From the NCBI GenBank assembly GCA_040260805.1, contig JBDQPD010000010.1:1-47809 (forward strand): a DNA stretch of 47,809 nucleotides, in the 5' to 3' direction. The position numbers and the translations under genes are program-made. The notes below the pieces were generated by a model. That model was not told the DNA's origin and did no database searches. It saw only the letters and a program-made list of their open reading frames with translations. Each line of letters begins with the position of its first letter. Position 1 is the first letter of the stretch. Below are positions 29,759-38,316 of the stretch, one piece after another. The stretch comes from Myxococcota bacterium. GTDB taxonomy: Bacteria > Myxococcota > UBA4151.

Positions 29759-30550
29759 TTAAAGCTTCGCGCTCGGCGCGTCTAGCGCACCACTCAAACC
29801 TTTAGAAACAGCCCTGCGTCCTGCCTCGAGAAGCCGACGGCTACGGGGCTGAGCAAAGAACCTAGCCATTTTCCAAGTCTGCCACGGCCAGGGCAGCGGC
29901 AATCGACGCACCCGGACCTCGTGGGGATGAGGATAAAAAACCTGCAAGGTCACCGAGCCAAAGTCTGGGATGATCTCTTGGTGAGCTTGGAACCCGGATA
30001 GGCTGGGGTCGAGCCGAGCAAACTCATGGGTCAACGCGAGGTATTCACTCGACGGGATCTCGTTCTTGAGCAGCCTGTGGGCAAAGATCACAGCCTCTCC
30101 GGCAAGCTCCTCAAAACGAGCGACCGGCTTGATCATAAATTCACCCGCATGAGCCACGATCTTGATCCGCAAATCACCGCGTTGACCGCAGGCCTCACAC
30201 AAACACCCGTCGCAGGCTTTAAGCGCTTCAAGCTTGCGATTAAATGCACCAAACGTTGCCCGTAACCTGCTCACAAGCTCAGGAGCAAAAGCTTTCGAGT
30301 CAGCGCATGAGACATAAAACAAAGCCGCGTCTCCCTCGAGCTTGTTGACCACTAAAATGTCTTCGAGGTCATCGATCACGGCTTCGAGAAGAACTGAGAT
30401 AATGGCCTCGGCGTGCTCTTCAACTACCCGCTCATTACGACGCTCAAGCGCCGCAACACCAAAGCGCTTATGGTTCATAATAAAGCGAGTATAGCCCGAG
30501 ATATCAACGAGCACGATAAAGCCAGAGTGCGCCTCGATACCGCTCGCCAT
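29759..30550 (-). CDS. DUF2652-like protein (class III nucleotidyl-cyclase-like fold)
   Basis: VDISGYTRF, KLEGDAALFY, CxxCxCxxC, LRIKIVAHAGE, LAGEAVIFAHRLLKN. Confidence 0.8.
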   Translation of the reverse strand: MASGIEAHSGFIVLVDISGYTRFIMNHKRFGVAALERRNERVVEEHAEAIISVLLEAVIDDLEDILVVNKLEGDAALFYVSCADSKAFAPELVSRLRATFGAFNRKLEALKACDGCLCEACGQRGDLRIKIVAHAGEFMIKPVARFEELAGEAVIFAHRLLKNEIPSSEYLALTHEFARLDPSLSGFQAHQEIIPDFGSVTLQVFYPHPHEVRVRRLPLPWPWQTWKMARFFAQPRSRRLLEAGRRAVSKGLSGALDAPSAKL

Positions 30551-30658
30551 CAAATCGACCCCTTTAGCCCATAGTCCTTAGGTCAAAAACGCTCCGATCA
30601 GCAATCCAAGCGATACGTGTCACACCCCCCCACTAGAATCAGATCAAGGAGGTCAACC

Positions 30659-31141
30659 ATGTCCTTGATTCTCGACCCAGTCGCTAGCCTCAACCAAAGC
30701 ACCCTGGTCTTTCGCTCAAGCGCTCGCCCTGAATCAGAGGTGGCCCCCCACCTCGGACGCTTGCTGCCCACCGGTGGATACCTGTTCGCCGATTCCGTTC
30801 AAGAGCGCCTCGCTCAAATCGCTGGGCTCACCTTTTCAGGGCTGCTGCCAAGTGGCTCTGTTCCGCCACGCATCGACGTCGCCACCGATCGCCAAATCAC
30901 GCTCCGGTCGCAACATCCAGAGCCCTCCGAGGCGGCTCGACAATGCGCCGCTGAGCTCTGGCGTCGAGGACACGCTAGCCAGGTCGAAGAAAAGTCATTG
31001 GGTCAATTTGAGGTTCGAGTTCAACAGCTCCCTATCCGTATTCGGTTTACGCCCGACCGGCGTGGTCTGCTCAACCATCTGCATCGCCGCCTCGAGGGCC
31101 GCAGAACTCAAATCGCTGCGCTCGCAGACCGTTGTGGTTGA
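30659..31141 (+). CDS. Hypothetical protein
   Basis: Strong AAGGAGGT RBS before ATG 30659; no motif recognised. Confidence 0.6.
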   Translation: MSLILDPVASLNQSTLVFRSSARPESEVAPHLGRLLPTGGYLFADSVQERLAQIAGLTFSGLLPSGSVPPRIDVATDRQITLRSQHPEPSEAARQCAAELWRRGHASQVEEKSLGQFEVRVQQLPIRIRFTPDRRGLLNHLHRRLEGRRTQIAALADRCG

Positions 31142-31173
31142 CGCTCCGTCCGGCATCATCGACAACCTTGGAT

Positions 31174-32148
31174 ATGAGCGCACGATCAAACCCACTCGAA
31201 CAGGTCATGACCGGCTGGCAACAAAGGGATCAATGGCCTCATGCGCTCCTGCTGAGCGGCGCCTCAAGTTCGGCCTTATTGGATCTAGGGCGCAAGCTTG
31301 CGAAAACTAGGCTGTGCGTGTCGGGTAACCACTGCGATGCATGTGATTCATGCCGCGTTTTCGATTCAGGTAATCACCTCGACTTTCACCTCCTCGCCTC
31401 AAGCGTTACCGCTGAAGAGCTCGATCTTCGCTACATCGCTGAGGGCCCTGCCACCACGCGACGCCTCATCCGCAAAGAGCAGATCGCCTCGACATTGCGG
31501 CAGCTAGCGCTTCACGCTCGTCGCGCAAATGGCTGGCGGGTTTTGTTGCTGGTGCACCCAGAGGAGCTGCACAGCGCGGCGGCCAACGCGCTGCTCAAAA
31601 GCCTCGAAGAGCCAGGCGATCGGGTCTTCTTTATCTTGATCAGTGCACAACCACGCGCCGTGCTCGAAACCATCATCAGCCGCTGCCAGCAGCTTGCGCT
31701 TCCTCCACCAAGTCGCGACGAGTTGACCCACGACCTCACCGCTCAAGGCGTCCAGGTTTCGTGTGCACACACCCTAGCCGAACTGCGGCGCCGCGGATTA
31801 AACTGGGACGTCTCAGACCTCGAAGAGCGCCGCCCCCTCGTGGTCAACTGGCTGAGCGCACTAGCGGACCAGCAAGAGCATCAACGACTGCTCGCTCTGG
31901 ATCGCCTCGGCAAGGATCATGACCCCGATCAAATCATCGAGGTTGCGTTGTCCTTGACCTTGGACCTGATGCGCTTGCAGAGCGGCATGCAAGCTGCAGA
32001 TTTGACGCACAGTGATCTCGCTGATGATCTGATGCCGCTTGCGCCTGCTGGGCCTTGGTTGGATCTAGCGCAAACCCTAGCCGCTGCGCGGCCTGCCCTC
32101 AGGCGCAATGTGCGGCTCACAAGCCTTCTCATGGGAGCCACAATATGA
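31174..32148 (+). CDS. holB: DNA polymerase III subunit delta'
   Basis: PHALLLSG, C....CDACDSC zinc module, GNHLDF, AANALLKSLEEP, TIISRCQ. Start uncertain. Confidence 0.88.
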   Translation: MSARSNPLEQVMTGWQQRDQWPHALLLSGASSSALLDLGRKLAKTRLCVSGNHCDACDSCRVFDSGNHLDFHLLASSVTAEELDLRYIAEGPATTRRLIRKEQIASTLRQLALHARRANGWRVLLLVHPEELHSAAANALLKSLEEPGDRVFFILISAQPRAVLETIISRCQQLALPPPSRDELTHDLTAQGVQVSCAHTLAELRRRGLNWDVSDLEERRPLVVNWLSALADQQEHQRLLALDRLGKDHDPDQIIEVALSLTLDLMRLQSGMQAADLTHSDLADDLMPLAPAGPWLDLAQTLAAARPALRRNVRLTSLLMGATI

Positions 32149-32696
32149 GGTTGTTTCTAGGGGTTGCTGTTCTTCTTGTCGGGTGTCAGCCGCGCCCGCT
32201 CGATGTCATTGAAGAGCGAGCGGAGTTCCCGCGCGATAGCCTGAGAAAAGGGCGAGTCCTGATGGATGCCGTCCCCAAAGACGCTGAGCGCTTCTCGGTG
32301 ACCTTTGAAGACCAGATTGAGCTAATTGGCGGCAAAATTACGCCAAAAGATCCAAAACCGGGTCAAGAAATCGCCATTACAGCCTACTATCGGGTGCTCA
32401 AGCCCTTACCCGAAAGCTGGAAACTGTTCGTGCACCTCGACGGGGTCGGTATCGCCAACCGAATGCACGGCGACCACTGCCCTTGCGATGGGCGCTATCC
32501 GACCAGTTATTGGCAACCCAAAGAGATCGTCGCAGATACGACCTACATCGCAACGCACGGTCACCCGCGAGCTGATTACGTGGTTTGGACCGGCTTCTAC
32601 ATCGACAAACGGCGGATGCGCGTCAGCAAAGCTGATCCGGGGCGCCAAGATAAAGACAACCGCGGGCGAATCGCCCGGCTAACGCTCGGTCAATAA
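32145..32696 (+). CDS. Hypothetical lipoprotein with beta-sandwich domain
   Basis: ATGA overlap with holB; lipobox LVGC; WKLFVHLD..DH.P..GRYPTSYWQPKEIVAD. Confidence 0.7.
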   Translation: MRLFLGVAVLLVGCQPRPLDVIEERAEFPRDSLRKGRVLMDAVPKDAERFSVTFEDQIELIGGKITPKDPKPGQEIAITAYYRVLKPLPESWKLFVHLDGVGIANRMHGDHCPCDGRYPTSYWQPKEIVADTTYIATHGHPRADYVVWTGFYIDKRRMRVSKADPGRQDKDNRGRIARLTLGQ

Positions 32697-32699
32697 GCG

Positions 32700-35279
32700 A
32701 TGCATGGACTGGTTCTTGGGTTGCTGCTTGCGGCCTTGAGCGCCGCGCAGATGCAAGAGATCACGACCCTTTTGCAGCGGGGCCGAATGGCGGACGCGCT
32801 CAAAATGCTTGAGCCTTTAGCTAAAAAAGACCCGAACGACCCTGTGGTTGCAGGGTTGCTCGGACGAGCTCGCTTGCACGCAGGCGATGCAGCGGGCGCG
32901 ATCGAACCCCTGATGCGCTCCTTATCCAAACTCAAATCAGACGGTGAAGGATTCGGCAATCTTGGAGTGGCTTTGATGCAGGTGGAGCGGACCCAAGACG
33001 CAGCGCAAGCCTTTGCACAGGCTGTAGTTCTGATGCCCCGCTCACCTCAAGCGTGGCGCAACCTCGCCGGCGCCTACACCAACCTCGAGCGCCAAATTGA
33101 TGCCAGCAAAGCCTGGAAGCGTTATCTTGGGTTTAGACCACAAGATGGAGAAGCTCGGTGCATTTATGGTGGCTTATTGCTAGCGATGAAGCGTTATCGA
33201 GACGCCGCCGTTCATCTGCGTTTTGGCTCAAAAACAACGAAAGATGTCGTCTGCTTACATGACTATGCTGATGTCTTGGGGCGGCTCAAAAACCCGAAAG
33301 AAGCCTTAGCAATTCTTGATCGACTGATTCGCCTTGATCAACGCAACGCACACGCTTTTTATCTGCGAGCCTACATCCTAATCGATGGAGGCATCGAGCA
33401 AGCCGACCAGGCGCTCAAGGCGCTCTCGACGAGCTTGAAAATTAGCCCTAAACGAGCAGCAAGCCACCACCTCAATGGCTACATACTGGCTCAACTCAAC
33501 CGACACGAAGAAGCCCTAAAATCCTACACTCGAGCGAGTGATCTAGAGCCTAAAAATCAGCGCTACCAAGAAGCCGAAGCCATCGCTCGTGTGCATGTTG
33601 GTGAAGGTGATAAGGTCCTCAAAGCGCTGCAGCTAATGCTTCGGCGCTCGCCAGGAAATGAGGACCTTCGCCGAGCCCTTGCGCACGTCTACATGGGTAA
33701 AAAACAGTGGCCGAAGGCAGAGCGAGTTCTCAAAGGGGCGCCCACCAACAGCGCAGAAATCCGGCGGGATCTTGCGGTGGTAAGTTTATCATCAGGGCGG
33801 ACAGACCAGGCGGTTTCGATATTAAAAAAACTACGCTCAGAGCAGCCTAAAAATCGTGTGGTCGCCTATAATTTAGCCTTAGCTTTGCGGCACTCCGGAG
33901 CGATGAAGGAGGCTTATCTACAAGCCAAACAAGCGCGCCAAATGCCGGGTAACACAGAGGACGAGTTGCTGCTCGAGACGCGTCTTTTGCTTGAACTTGG
34001 GCGCGCGCAAGAGGCGCTCACTTTACTCAACAGCCAGCGGGCATCCGTCAGCTACGAACTGCTCTTTGTTCGGGCGCGCTGTCTGCGCATGCAGGCTCGG
34101 CTGCCTGAGGCGCTCAAAGCGAGTAAACAAGCAGAGTCTGAGGCGAGAGATGATGACCAACGACTCGCTGTTCGGCGGCTTCGGGGTAAAATACTCACCG
34201 ACCTAGGCCGCAGCGCCGAGGCCATCGGCCTGTTTCGAGAGCGCGGGTCGAACCCAGCTGAGCTGGGTATTGCGCTGAGCCGAGCAGGGCGAGCCAAAGA
34301 GGCGATCAAGGTCCTCAAGGCGGCGCAAAAGCAGCAACCCGCTGACGTTGAAGTTCAGCTGGCTTTTGCCGCTTCTCTCAGCGCCTTGGGCAAAAAACAG
34401 CTAGCCTTGAAGGTGCTGACCAAGGCGCGACAGACCTGGCCTCGGCACGGTGGTTTGACCAACGATACCGCCATGGCTTGGCTCGCTGCAGGAAAGAGAA
34501 CGCGAGCGGTTGCGCTGCTCAAACAAGGGCTCAAGGAAAACCCTGAGCATTCGGCGCTAGCGCGCAATTATGCGCATCACCTGATGGCAACTAAGCGCCG
34601 AGGGCAGGCGGTTGAGCTCCTGCGTCAAACGATCGGGCGTCGCCCTCACGACGGACAGCTCCATACTGCACTTGGTGAGACGCTGATGAGCCTGAAACGA
34701 AACGAAGAGGCGCGGGCTGCCTTTCGCCAGGGGCTAGAGGCGGGCACACCTGACCCCGTCGCTGAAGCGCGTCTTGGTGACCTCTTGCGCCGAGAAGGCA
34801 AACTCAAAGAGGCTGTCACCAGTTATCAGCGTGCGCTGGCGCTGCAGCCGAGCATGCTCGAAGCGCATAACGGTATGGGAATGGCGCTGCACGGCCTCGA
34901 GCGCTTTGACGCCGCCATCGCCCAATACCGAAAGGGGCTAGTCCACAGCCCGCACGACGCTGAGCTGCACAACAACTTAGGTTCAAGTCTCTACCTCAAG
35001 GGTCAATTTGCGGCGGCGTTAACATCGTTTGAACGAGCAGGAAAAGTAGACCCACTCGAGCTGAGCTATTGGCGTAACCAGCTGATGATCCTCAAAGAAC
35101 AAGGCCGCTTAGAAGACGCCCAGAAACGCCTAGATAAGGCGCTCTCGTTTCTTCCAAACCATGCATCACTAAAGAATGAGCAGCTCAGCCTTAACCGAGC
35201 CAAAGCGATGCGAGACCGCCTGCGTGCTACACCGAATAACGCCGCACCGCGTCCAGACACAACGCCGCGCTCACGCTGA
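32700..35279 (+). CDS. Exported tetratricopeptide-repeat protein
   Basis: Signal peptide; many TPRs (e.g. AHNGMGMALHGLERFDAAIAQYRKGL, LHNNLGSSLYLKGQFAAA). Confidence 0.85.
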   Translation: MHGLVLGLLLAALSAAQMQEITTLLQRGRMADALKMLEPLAKKDPNDPVVAGLLGRARLHAGDAAGAIEPLMRSLSKLKSDGEGFGNLGVALMQVERTQDAAQAFAQAVVLMPRSPQAWRNLAGAYTNLERQIDASKAWKRYLGFRPQDGEARCIYGGLLLAMKRYRDAAVHLRFGSKTTKDVVCLHDYADVLGRLKNPKEALAILDRLIRLDQRNAHAFYLRAYILIDGGIEQADQALKALSTSLKISPKRAASHHLNGYILAQLNRHEEALKSYTRASDLEPKNQRYQEAEAIARVHVGEGDKVLKALQLMLRRSPGNEDLRRALAHVYMGKKQWPKAERVLKGAPTNSAEIRRDLAVVSLSSGRTDQAVSILKKLRSEQPKNRVVAYNLALALRHSGAMKEAYLQAKQARQMPGNTEDELLLETRLLLELGRAQEALTLLNSQRASVSYELLFVRARCLRMQARLPEALKASKQAESEARDDDQRLAVRRLRGKILTDLGRSAEAIGLFRERGSNPAELGIALSRAGRAKEAIKVLKAAQKQQPADVEVQLAFAASLSALGKKQLALKVLTKARQTWPRHGGLTNDTAMAWLAAGKRTRAVALLKQGLKENPEHSALARNYAHHLMATKRRGQAVELLRQTIGRRPHDGQLHTALGETLMSLKRNEEARAAFRQGLEAGTPDPVAEARLGDLLRREGKLKEAVTSYQRALALQPSMLEAHNGMGMALHGLERFDAAIAQYRKGLVHSPHDAELHNNLGSSLYLKGQFAAALTSFERAGKVDPLELSYWRNQLMILKEQGRLEDAQKRLDKALSFLPNHASLKNEQLSLNRAKAMRDRLRATPNNAAPRPDTTPRSR

Positions 35280-35931
35280 CGTTTAGGCTCTCAAAGTCAC
35301 GCAGCATCGGCAAGCGAAAGACCGCGTCGCAGCGCTTGAGAACGCCCGGCCGTATCCCTTTCGCTTCGCTGCCCAAAACCAAGACCAAAGGTTCGGTTAG
35401 ATCAAAGTCATCAAGAGCCCCTCGGCCGCCGACATCAGCAGCAAAGATCCAGCGGCCTGCCTTTTTGTACTCATCAAGAGTGCGAGCCAGGTTTGTGACT
35501 TGAGCGACAGGCAAAAGAGACGCCGCGCCTGCTGAGGCGCGCTCGCACCCAGGGGTCACCGGTGCAGCGCCGTGCTTTGGAATCACCACGCCAGCGCCGC
35601 CGAGTGCGTAGGTCGATCGAATGATCGCGCCTAAATTTCCAGGATCCTCGACCCCGTCTAATGCGATGATTGGGCCTGCGTGCGCTAACAAGCTGTCCGC
35701 ATCGGCGTAATCAAAACTACGCACCTCAAGAGCGACGCCTTGATGGCGAACCCCGGCGCTGCGCTGGTCGAGCTCCTGGCGCGCCGCAGGTCGAACCTTA
35801 ATCCCTATGCGCTTAGCTTGCTCTTGAAGGTCCTCAAGGCGCGGGTTGCTCGCTTGCACGATCAACAGCTGCCCTCTCCCCGAACCCAGCGCTTCTCGCA
35901 CCGCATGAATACCAAAGACGATCTCGCTCAT
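35227..35931 (-). CDS. rlmB: 23S rRNA (guanosine-2'-O)-methyltransferase RlmB (SPOUT)
   Basis: FGIHAVREAL, RHQGV, LDGVEDPGNLGAIIRS, LGSEAKGIR, ESLNVSVSAA. Confidence 0.92.
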   Translation of the reverse strand: MSEIVFGIHAVREALGSGRGQLLIVQASNPRLEDLQEQAKRIGIKVRPAARQELDQRSAGVRHQGVALEVRSFDYADADSLLAHAGPIIALDGVEDPGNLGAIIRSTYALGGAGVVIPKHGAAPVTPGCERASAGAASLLPVAQVTNLARTLDEYKKAGRWIFAADVGGRGALDDFDLTEPLVLVLGSEAKGIRPGVLKRCDAVFRLPMLRDFESLNVSVSAALCLDAVRRYSV

Positions 35932-36611
35932 CGCATACTCTCCACTAGACGCTGAGCTGCCGCTCGAGGATCAGCGGCAGAGCGAATGGGTCGCCCTACC
36001 ACTAACAAATCGGCGCCATCTTTGAGCGCCTGTGATGGAGTGGCAATACGCTTTTGATCGCCCACATCACTACCTTGAGGTCGGATACCCGGGCAGACCA
36101 GATAAGCGTGTTGCCCGAGCACCTGCCGCAGCGAGGCTGCCTCAAGCGCCGAACAGACCAAACCGCTGATCCCTGAATCTGCCGCCGCCTGGGCGAGGCG
36201 ATGAACTTGACCCTTGGGCGTATCTTGAACTCCGATCGCGCCGAGTTCTTGTTCATCCATACTCGTCAGCACCGTCACCGCGAGCAAACGAATCGGTCCA
36301 GCGACGCGCTGCGCTGCGCGCAGCATCGCTGGTCCCCCTCCGGCGTGGAGTGTTAAAAAGTCGACCTCTAAAGTTGCCAGACTTTGAACCGCTGAGGCGA
36401 CCGTGTTGGGGATATCGTGCAGTTTAAGATCTAAAAACACCTTCCGCCCGCTCGCCTTAATCTGCCGTACAAGCTCAGGACCCTCTGCGTAAAATAGCTG
36501 CATCCCTATTTTAAACACACCGACTGAATCGATGGTTAAATCCACCAATTCAAGCGCCTCTTTTGCGCTGGGAACATCAAGAGCTAGGGCTAAACGATCT
36601 CGCGGGTTCAT
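35928..36611 (-). CDS. pyrF: Orotidine-5'-phosphate decarboxylase
   Basis: ALDV, FKIG, FLDLKLHDIPNTV, VTVLTS, CPGIRP, DQKR, VVGRPI. Confidence 0.97.
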   Translation of the reverse strand: MNPRDRLALALDVPSAKEALELVDLTIDSVGVFKIGMQLFYAEGPELVRQIKASGRKVFLDLKLHDIPNTVASAVQSLATLEVDFLTLHAGGGPAMLRAAQRVAGPIRLLAVTVLTSMDEQELGAIGVQDTPKGQVHRLAQAAADSGISGLVCSALEAASLRQVLGQHAYLVCPGIRPQGSDVGDQKRIATPSQALKDGADLLVVGRPIRSAADPRAAAQRLVESMR

Positions 36612-37519
36612 CGATAATTATCTCCGGCTCCAACCAAGTCCGCATAACCCAGTAAAAATCCCAACCTTAAACCGACAAAAGGCAAAGGAACCTCACCAAA
36701 AACAGCCGCTAGTAGAGCGGGCAGGTCAGGCGCCTCGTCACCCAACTCAAGAGCTCTTGAGACGCGCAAAGCGGTTCGCTGATAAGCGGCTTTTGCGCGC
36801 CGAGCGACGAGCGAGACATCGGGGAGCTCTTCGCCGTGCGATGGCAGCGCTCGGCCGCCAATCAGAGCAAGTCGATCTAAAGACTCAAGCAAGACCGGCA
36901 GCGACGCGATGCGCTGACCGTGATCATCAAAGCGGACCTCAGGAGGCGCTAAGTTTTCAGCGAACACATTGTCGCCCGACACGACACGACCCACCTGCTC
37001 AAGCTCGAAGACCAAATGGTGGTGGTGGTGCCCCGGGTGGTGATGAACCCGAATTTCGATCCCGCCGACCTCAATTTCGTCGCCGTCATCTAAGAGCCGC
37101 TCAAGGCGGGTCGTGCAGCCGCTCTGAGCGATGTGATCGTAGCCCTTTAGCAGCTGCGCAAGGATCGGCCCGTCGACGCCAACTCTTCGAGCAAAACCCG
37201 CCAAGTGATCTTTGTGCGCCAACACGGTGGCGCGTTGGTCTTCATAATAGGGCTGCGCGCAGCGAGCCGCGTAGACAGGCAGCCCCGGGTAATGCTCTGC
37301 AAGAATCGGTAATCCGCCGTAGTGATCCTGATGCGCATGCGTCATCAGCAAAAGATCTGGCGGTCGATCAGCGAGCCCCTTGATCAAAGCCTCGTTGCTC
37401 GCACGAGACGTGTGACCACAATCGACTAAAACTCGAGCGGACGGGCTGTCGATGACCGTTGAATAAACCGACCCACCCCAAGGCAAAGGGAGCTCGATGC
37501 GCCGAGTGCTAATGGTCAC
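36608..37519 (-). CDS. MBL-fold metallo-hydrolase
   Basis: LVDCG, THAHQDHYGG, PGH, SGD, PSHG. Confidence 0.85.
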   Translation of the reverse strand: MTISTRRIELPLPWGGSVYSTVIDSPSARVLVDCGHTSRASNEALIKGLADRPPDLLLMTHAHQDHYGGLPILAEHYPGLPVYAARCAQPYYEDQRATVLAHKDHLAGFARRVGVDGPILAQLLKGYDHIAQSGCTTRLERLLDDGDEIEVGGIEIRVHHHPGHHHHHLVFELEQVGRVVSGDNVFAENLAPPEVRFDDHGQRIASLPVLLESLDRLALIGGRALPSHGEELPDVSLVARRAKAAYQRTALRVSRALELGDEAPDLPALLAAVFGEVPLPFVGLRLGFLLGYADLVGAGDNYR

Positions 37520-37839
37520 GGTCTATAAGCATCAATACAGCGCGCAATAGCGACCTCTGCGTCGAAGTTCACCGCCTCAAAAGTCGCCGCCGCTTGAACC
37601 TGATCATCAGCGATGAAATAACGTTTAATGACGGCCTGCAGGCGCCGCGGTTGGAGCTCGTCAGGGAGCTGTACCGACACCGTAATCAGCGGCATAAATC
37701 GATAAGGTGACAAGCCTTTCAAACACATCCCATTGATCGATAAATCGCCACCTATTTGGGTCCATTGACCGCTCGGTGAGGCGACCAGGAAATCCATCGG
37801 GACACGAACGCTTTCGCGGCGCTCACTGTGTTCAACCAT
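37516..37839 (-). CDS. PilZ domain protein
   Basis: ERRESVR (RxxxR) and DLSINGM (DxSxxG) c-di-GMP-binding motifs. Confidence 0.75.
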   Translation of the reverse strand: MVEHSERRESVRVPMDFLVASPSGQWTQIGGDLSINGMCLKGLSPYRFMPLITVSVQLPDELQPRRLQAVIKRYFIADDQVQAAATFEAVNFDAEVAIARCIDAYRP

Positions 37840-38113
37840 AAGACTTCTGCTCCACTAGTTCCTGGGTTTCCTCGGTGGGGTCGAGCACGTTTTTACGCAA
37901 GACCAAGCGCCAAACCCCGTCAGATATTTCATCCAGAGCGACCAATTCTTGCCCGAGGATCGCCAGGCTCCGTGGAATGCTTTGGGTTGCGGGCTGATAA
38001 TCGACCTCAACGCTCAGCTCCGAACCGATGGCGGCCTGTTCAAGCCACAAACGGACGCGCACAAAGGTCATCGGGCACACTTCGCCGCGCAAATTTAGGG
38101 ATTCGGCGCTCAT
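37832..38113 (-). CDS. TusA/SirA-family sulfur carrier
   Basis: LNLRGEVCPMTFVRVRL, GSELSVEVD, SIPRSL..LGQE. Confidence 0.85.
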   Translation of the reverse strand: MSAESLNLRGEVCPMTFVRVRLWLEQAAIGSELSVEVDYQPATQSIPRSLAILGQELVALDEISDGVWRLVLRKNVLDPTEETQELVEQKSYG

Positions 38114-38218
38114 GACGAACCTCACAAGTCATCGCTGACCTCGCAGGTACACCCAGCCGACGCACAAGACCAGGCCGACCCCAAAGACTCAATGCATCGG
38201 ACGTCTTGCGGATAGGCC

Positions 38219-38245
38219 GCAACTTCAGCATGCCTTCTCCGATAA
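38219..38245 (+). promoter_or_regulatory. Possible sigma-28 (FliA/WhiG)-type promoter
   Basis: GCAA-N15-TCCGATAA versus consensus TAAA-N15-GCCGATAA, about 70 nt upstream of ATG 38317. Confidence 0.3.
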
Positions 38246-38316
38246 GGGATGAGCTTACTCTACTTGACTCTTTGCTGCCTGAATTAGCAGCATACTCAGA
38301 TCGAAAGGTGTTCAAC

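Noticed and set aside
30774..31310. 178-aa alternative + frame ORF
   Set aside because: Overlaps both the RBS-supported orphan and holB; no motif or RBS.
36532..37383. 283-aa + strand ORF
   Set aside because: Antisense shadow of the MBL hydrolase; Arg/Ala-rich with no motifs.
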